Source: Minisyncoccota bacterium (lineage in GTDB: Bacteria; Patescibacteriota; Minisyncoccia; Phycocordibacterales; CAJBRS01). Taken from it: 64,000 nt of DNA. The stretch spans positions 3,255 to 67,254 of the forward strand of contig DASRDX010000013.1 in assembly GCA_035652395.1 (NCBI GenBank). Reading direction: 5' to 3'. The notes beneath the pieces were generated by a model. That model worked only from the letters and a program-made list of their open reading frames with translations, did not search any database and had not been told where the DNA came from. The stretch's first letter is position 1. Every line of letters begins with the position of its first letter. Made by a program: the position numbers and the translations under genes. Positions 61,768 through 64,000 of the stretch are shown here, piece after piece.

Positions 61768-64000
61768 CTATTTTTTCGCATATTGGGCACGGCTGTCTTC
61801 TAGTTTTCGACGTACTTTTTCAGAGTCTATTCCATCCGCCGTTTTCAGGGCTAAGGTAGTTCCTGTTTGCGGGTCGTGGAATAAGGTTAATTCAGGAAGT
61901 CCTATCTGAGGGTCGCCGCGCATAACTCCAGCAGGCACGCCTCCGCCTTCCTTAATTGCAGCGTCGTGTTCGGGGTTTCCCGTGGTTCTTTCTTTTGGAA
62001 TTGAAAAAGCAGGAGACTCAGGTCTTACCGATTCAGTTCTTTGTCTATTTGCTGCCTCACTTGCCGCTTCTGTTCGGGCGACATCCGTTTTGCGCTCTCT
62101 ATCGCCTTCTCCATTAGTTCTTCCGTAGTCAGCGTTTTGTTCTGCTGGTCCTGCTGCTTGTTCTGCATTCTGCCTCCTCACAATTTCATTATACATCTGT
62201 TGTATGCGTTGCGGGCTGTAATGATATTGCTCGGATAAGCCCTCTTCTCTTACTCCTGCATTCTCATTAATTATGTCCGATACGTGCTTGTTTGTCAAGA
62301 ACTGTTTATTTTCATCTATGGCTTTATTTATTACATCTAGGGCTGAGGTATTATCGTATCCTACCTCTTTTAGAAATCTTAGAGCCATGCCTCCATCAGA
62401 ATCCTGTCTCGTAAGCATTGAATTAAAATTATGATTTTCATTTCGTGGAATGTTGTTAAAAACTTCATCCGCAGCTATGCCGCCCATAACGGCCCTTATT
62501 ACAGGCATAACCTTGTCAGGTTTTAATATAGGGCCGTGCGGGCCGGGTTCAAAAAGACCTTCGGTTTTCCAATCAACGGCGGCGATAAAATTCTTGCCCA
62601 TTTTTGGATACGTATGCCTTAGCATGCCATTTAAACCCACGCCTTCTTTAGTTCCCACAAGAGCATGACCTAGTTCGTGTTTTATAATTTCTATTGGGAT
62701 TCTTGAGGGAATACGATGCATAGGCAACGAAAGAATTTTTTTCTTAGGTACCGCGTATTTATCTTCAAATGCTGGTGGCTTCGGCTCTCCCACATCAATA
62801 GCTACGGCATCGGGATATTTTTCTCTAGCAATATCAAATACTTCATGGCTAGAATGGGCAGGAATAATTTCAATTATGGGTTTTTCTTCTCCCTGCCTTT
62901 TTATCTGCGCTCGATACTCGTGCTTCAACGGAAGTTCCGCTACTCTAGAAAAGGCGGGTTGTTCGGGCTTGGCAATGCTGGCGCTGGGGCCTCCTGTTGT
63001 TTCAGCAGTCCCTTCTCCTGTCCTAGAGGTTTCGGGAGATTGGTCTGACTCTTCAGTAGGGCGTCCTTGAACACCTGTTTCTGCTTCGGCTCCGCCTGTT
63101 TTAGTTGTTGGCTCAACTTTTTCAGCATGTCGCTCAGGCTGCCCTGCAAGCTGCTTGTTACTTGGTTCATTTTTCTCTCCTAATCCCAAATCTTTGTAAA
63201 TTTGATTCATTCTATCTTTGCTGATATGTAAACTTCTGTCAAGGCCGGGTTCTCTTACTGATGCGTGGCTTTCAACGAATTCTTTCATTCCCGGTCTAGA
63301 CAAGTCAGCACGAACCCTTTCCGCAGCAGCCGCTATAACTCTAGAAGCTTCCGCATCTGACAATCCCGCGTCTTGAAGAAATTTTCTCAAAGCCGCTATA
63401 TCTGCGCCAGCATGTTCGTTCTCTGTAAACGGAACGTCATGCCACAAATCATTGGCTACAGCGCCCGCCACATACACATCTGCGATGTCGTCTATTCTCT
63501 TAGCGGCTTTTTCTAAGTCGAAGCCGCCTTGCCTGTCCCCGAATTCCGCGTCCCAATCAACGGGCGCAAGCATTACATTGTCCCCAATTTCGGGATGCTC
63601 GTGCGACCAAACTTCATCGAGCATAGGAATACCGCGCATTTTCGCAATGATATTATGCACTATATCATGCGCTAACGCAGATTGAGTATCAAGATTGTTA
63701 TGAAATTCAATATCAGGATGCAATAACGGTTCGGCGTTCTTAGGCAGCGTAGCAGTAGGAACGGTCTGTTCAGCGGCATTTTCTTGTGCTTTTTGTGTGG
63801 CCTTTCTAATCAGTTCGTCATCCGCCAAATTTTGATTATTGAAATTTGACAGCAATTTTTTCTCGGCAGAATCTAACTCGACGCCGTGTAATTTTTTGTT
63901 GGCTACATCCTCTAAAAATCTCTGTTCTAAATCTGCGTAACTAGTATCTCCGACATATTCGCCATAATGAGATGCTAAATCCGCGTGTAATTGAGAGGAT
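61768..64000 (-). CDS. large multidomain protein with HExxH metallopeptidase motif, partial (continues past window end)
   Basis: reading frame stays open upstream of the TTG at 63855 to the window edge; IIKHELGHALVG zinc-binding motif; Pro/Glu/Thr-rich linkers. Confidence 0.55.
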   Translation of the reverse strand, partial: SSQLHADLASHYGEYVGDTSYADLEQRFLEDVANKKLHGVELDSAEKKLLSNFNNQNLADDELIRKATQKAQENAAEQTVPTATLPKNAEPLLHPDIEFHNNLDTQSALAHDIVHNIIAKMRGIPMLDEVWSHEHPEIGDNVMLAPVDWDAEFGDRQGGFDLEKAAKRIDDIADVYVAGAVANDLWHDVPFTENEHAGADIAALRKFLQDAGLSDAEASRVIAAAAERVRADLSRPGMKEFVESHASVREPGLDRSLHISKDRMNQIYKDLGLGEKNEPSNKQLAGQPERHAEKVEPTTKTGGAEAETGVQGRPTEESDQSPETSRTGEGTAETTGGPSASIAKPEQPAFSRVAELPLKHEYRAQIKRQGEEKPIIEIIPAHSSHEVFDIAREKYPDAVAIDVGEPKPPAFEDKYAVPKKKILSLPMHRIPSRIPIEIIKHELGHALVGTKEGVGLNGMLRHTYPKMGKNFIAAVDWKTEGLFEPGPHGPILKPDKVMPVIRAVMGGIAADEVFNNIPRNENHNFNSMLTRQDSDGGMALRFLKEVGYDNTSALDVINKAIDENKQFLTNKHVSDIINENAGVREEGLSEQYHYSPQRIQQMYNEIVRRQNAEQAAGPAEQNADYGRTNGEGDRERKTDVARTEAASEAANRQRTESVRPESPAFSIPKERTTGNPEHDAAIKEGGGVPAGVMRGDPQIGLPELTLFHDPQTGTTLALKTADGIDSEKVRRKLEDSRAQYAKK

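Noticed and set aside
1-64000. CRISPR arrays, rRNA genes
   Set aside because: No regularly spaced direct repeats with unique spacers and no rRNA-like conserved blocks were seen. The only tandem array, the 15-bp x 7.5 copies at 22069-22182, is in-frame coding.

Overview
This window looks like part of a large temperate phage or prophage genome with roughly 45% GC. Three blocks stand out.

1. Positions 1-11704, minus strand. Tail-fibre-like structural genes come first. They are followed by a dense array of about 34 tRNA genes (3050-10116) that covers all 20 amino acids. Embedded in the array is a bacterial type-A RNase P RNA gene (about 4752-5080), and upstream of it sits an HNH homing-endonuclease gene.

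2. Positions 11705-13450. A 1.7 kb non-coding control region carries operator-like palindromes, a 19-bp inverted repeat and iteron-like repeats.

3. Positions 13453-60071, plus strand. This block carries the replication and nucleotide-metabolism genes and related functions.
- Replication and repair: SNF2 helicase, a DUF932 protein, two pentapeptide-repeat paralogs, endonuclease VII, a DnaQ-like exonuclease, a PrimPol-type primase/helicase, a family-A DNA polymerase, a UvrD helicase, a PD-(D/E)XK nuclease and a frameshifted DHH phosphoesterase.
- Nucleotide metabolism: dNMP kinase, an HD hydrolase, ThyX, a ribonucleotide reductase interrupted by two inteins, MazG and GMP reductase.
- Virion or glycan functions: a GroES-like fusion, a six-gene glycan-synthesis cluster (Fringe-like glycosyltransferase, GT11 fucosyltransferase, two methyltransferases, an epimerase, a GT2), a metallophosphoesterase and a GH108 lysin.
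- Other: DUF4326, a C5 DNA methyltransferase, a PTH2-like peptidyl-tRNA hydrolase, a tyrosine integrase, and an IS200/IS605 tnpA-tnpB module abutting the integrase gene.

After 60203 the genes switch back to the minus strand (a glycosyltransferase, small ORFs, and a large HExxH protein that runs off the window). No CRISPR array or rRNA was seen. All coordinates are hand-derived and should be taken as accurate to about 3 nt.
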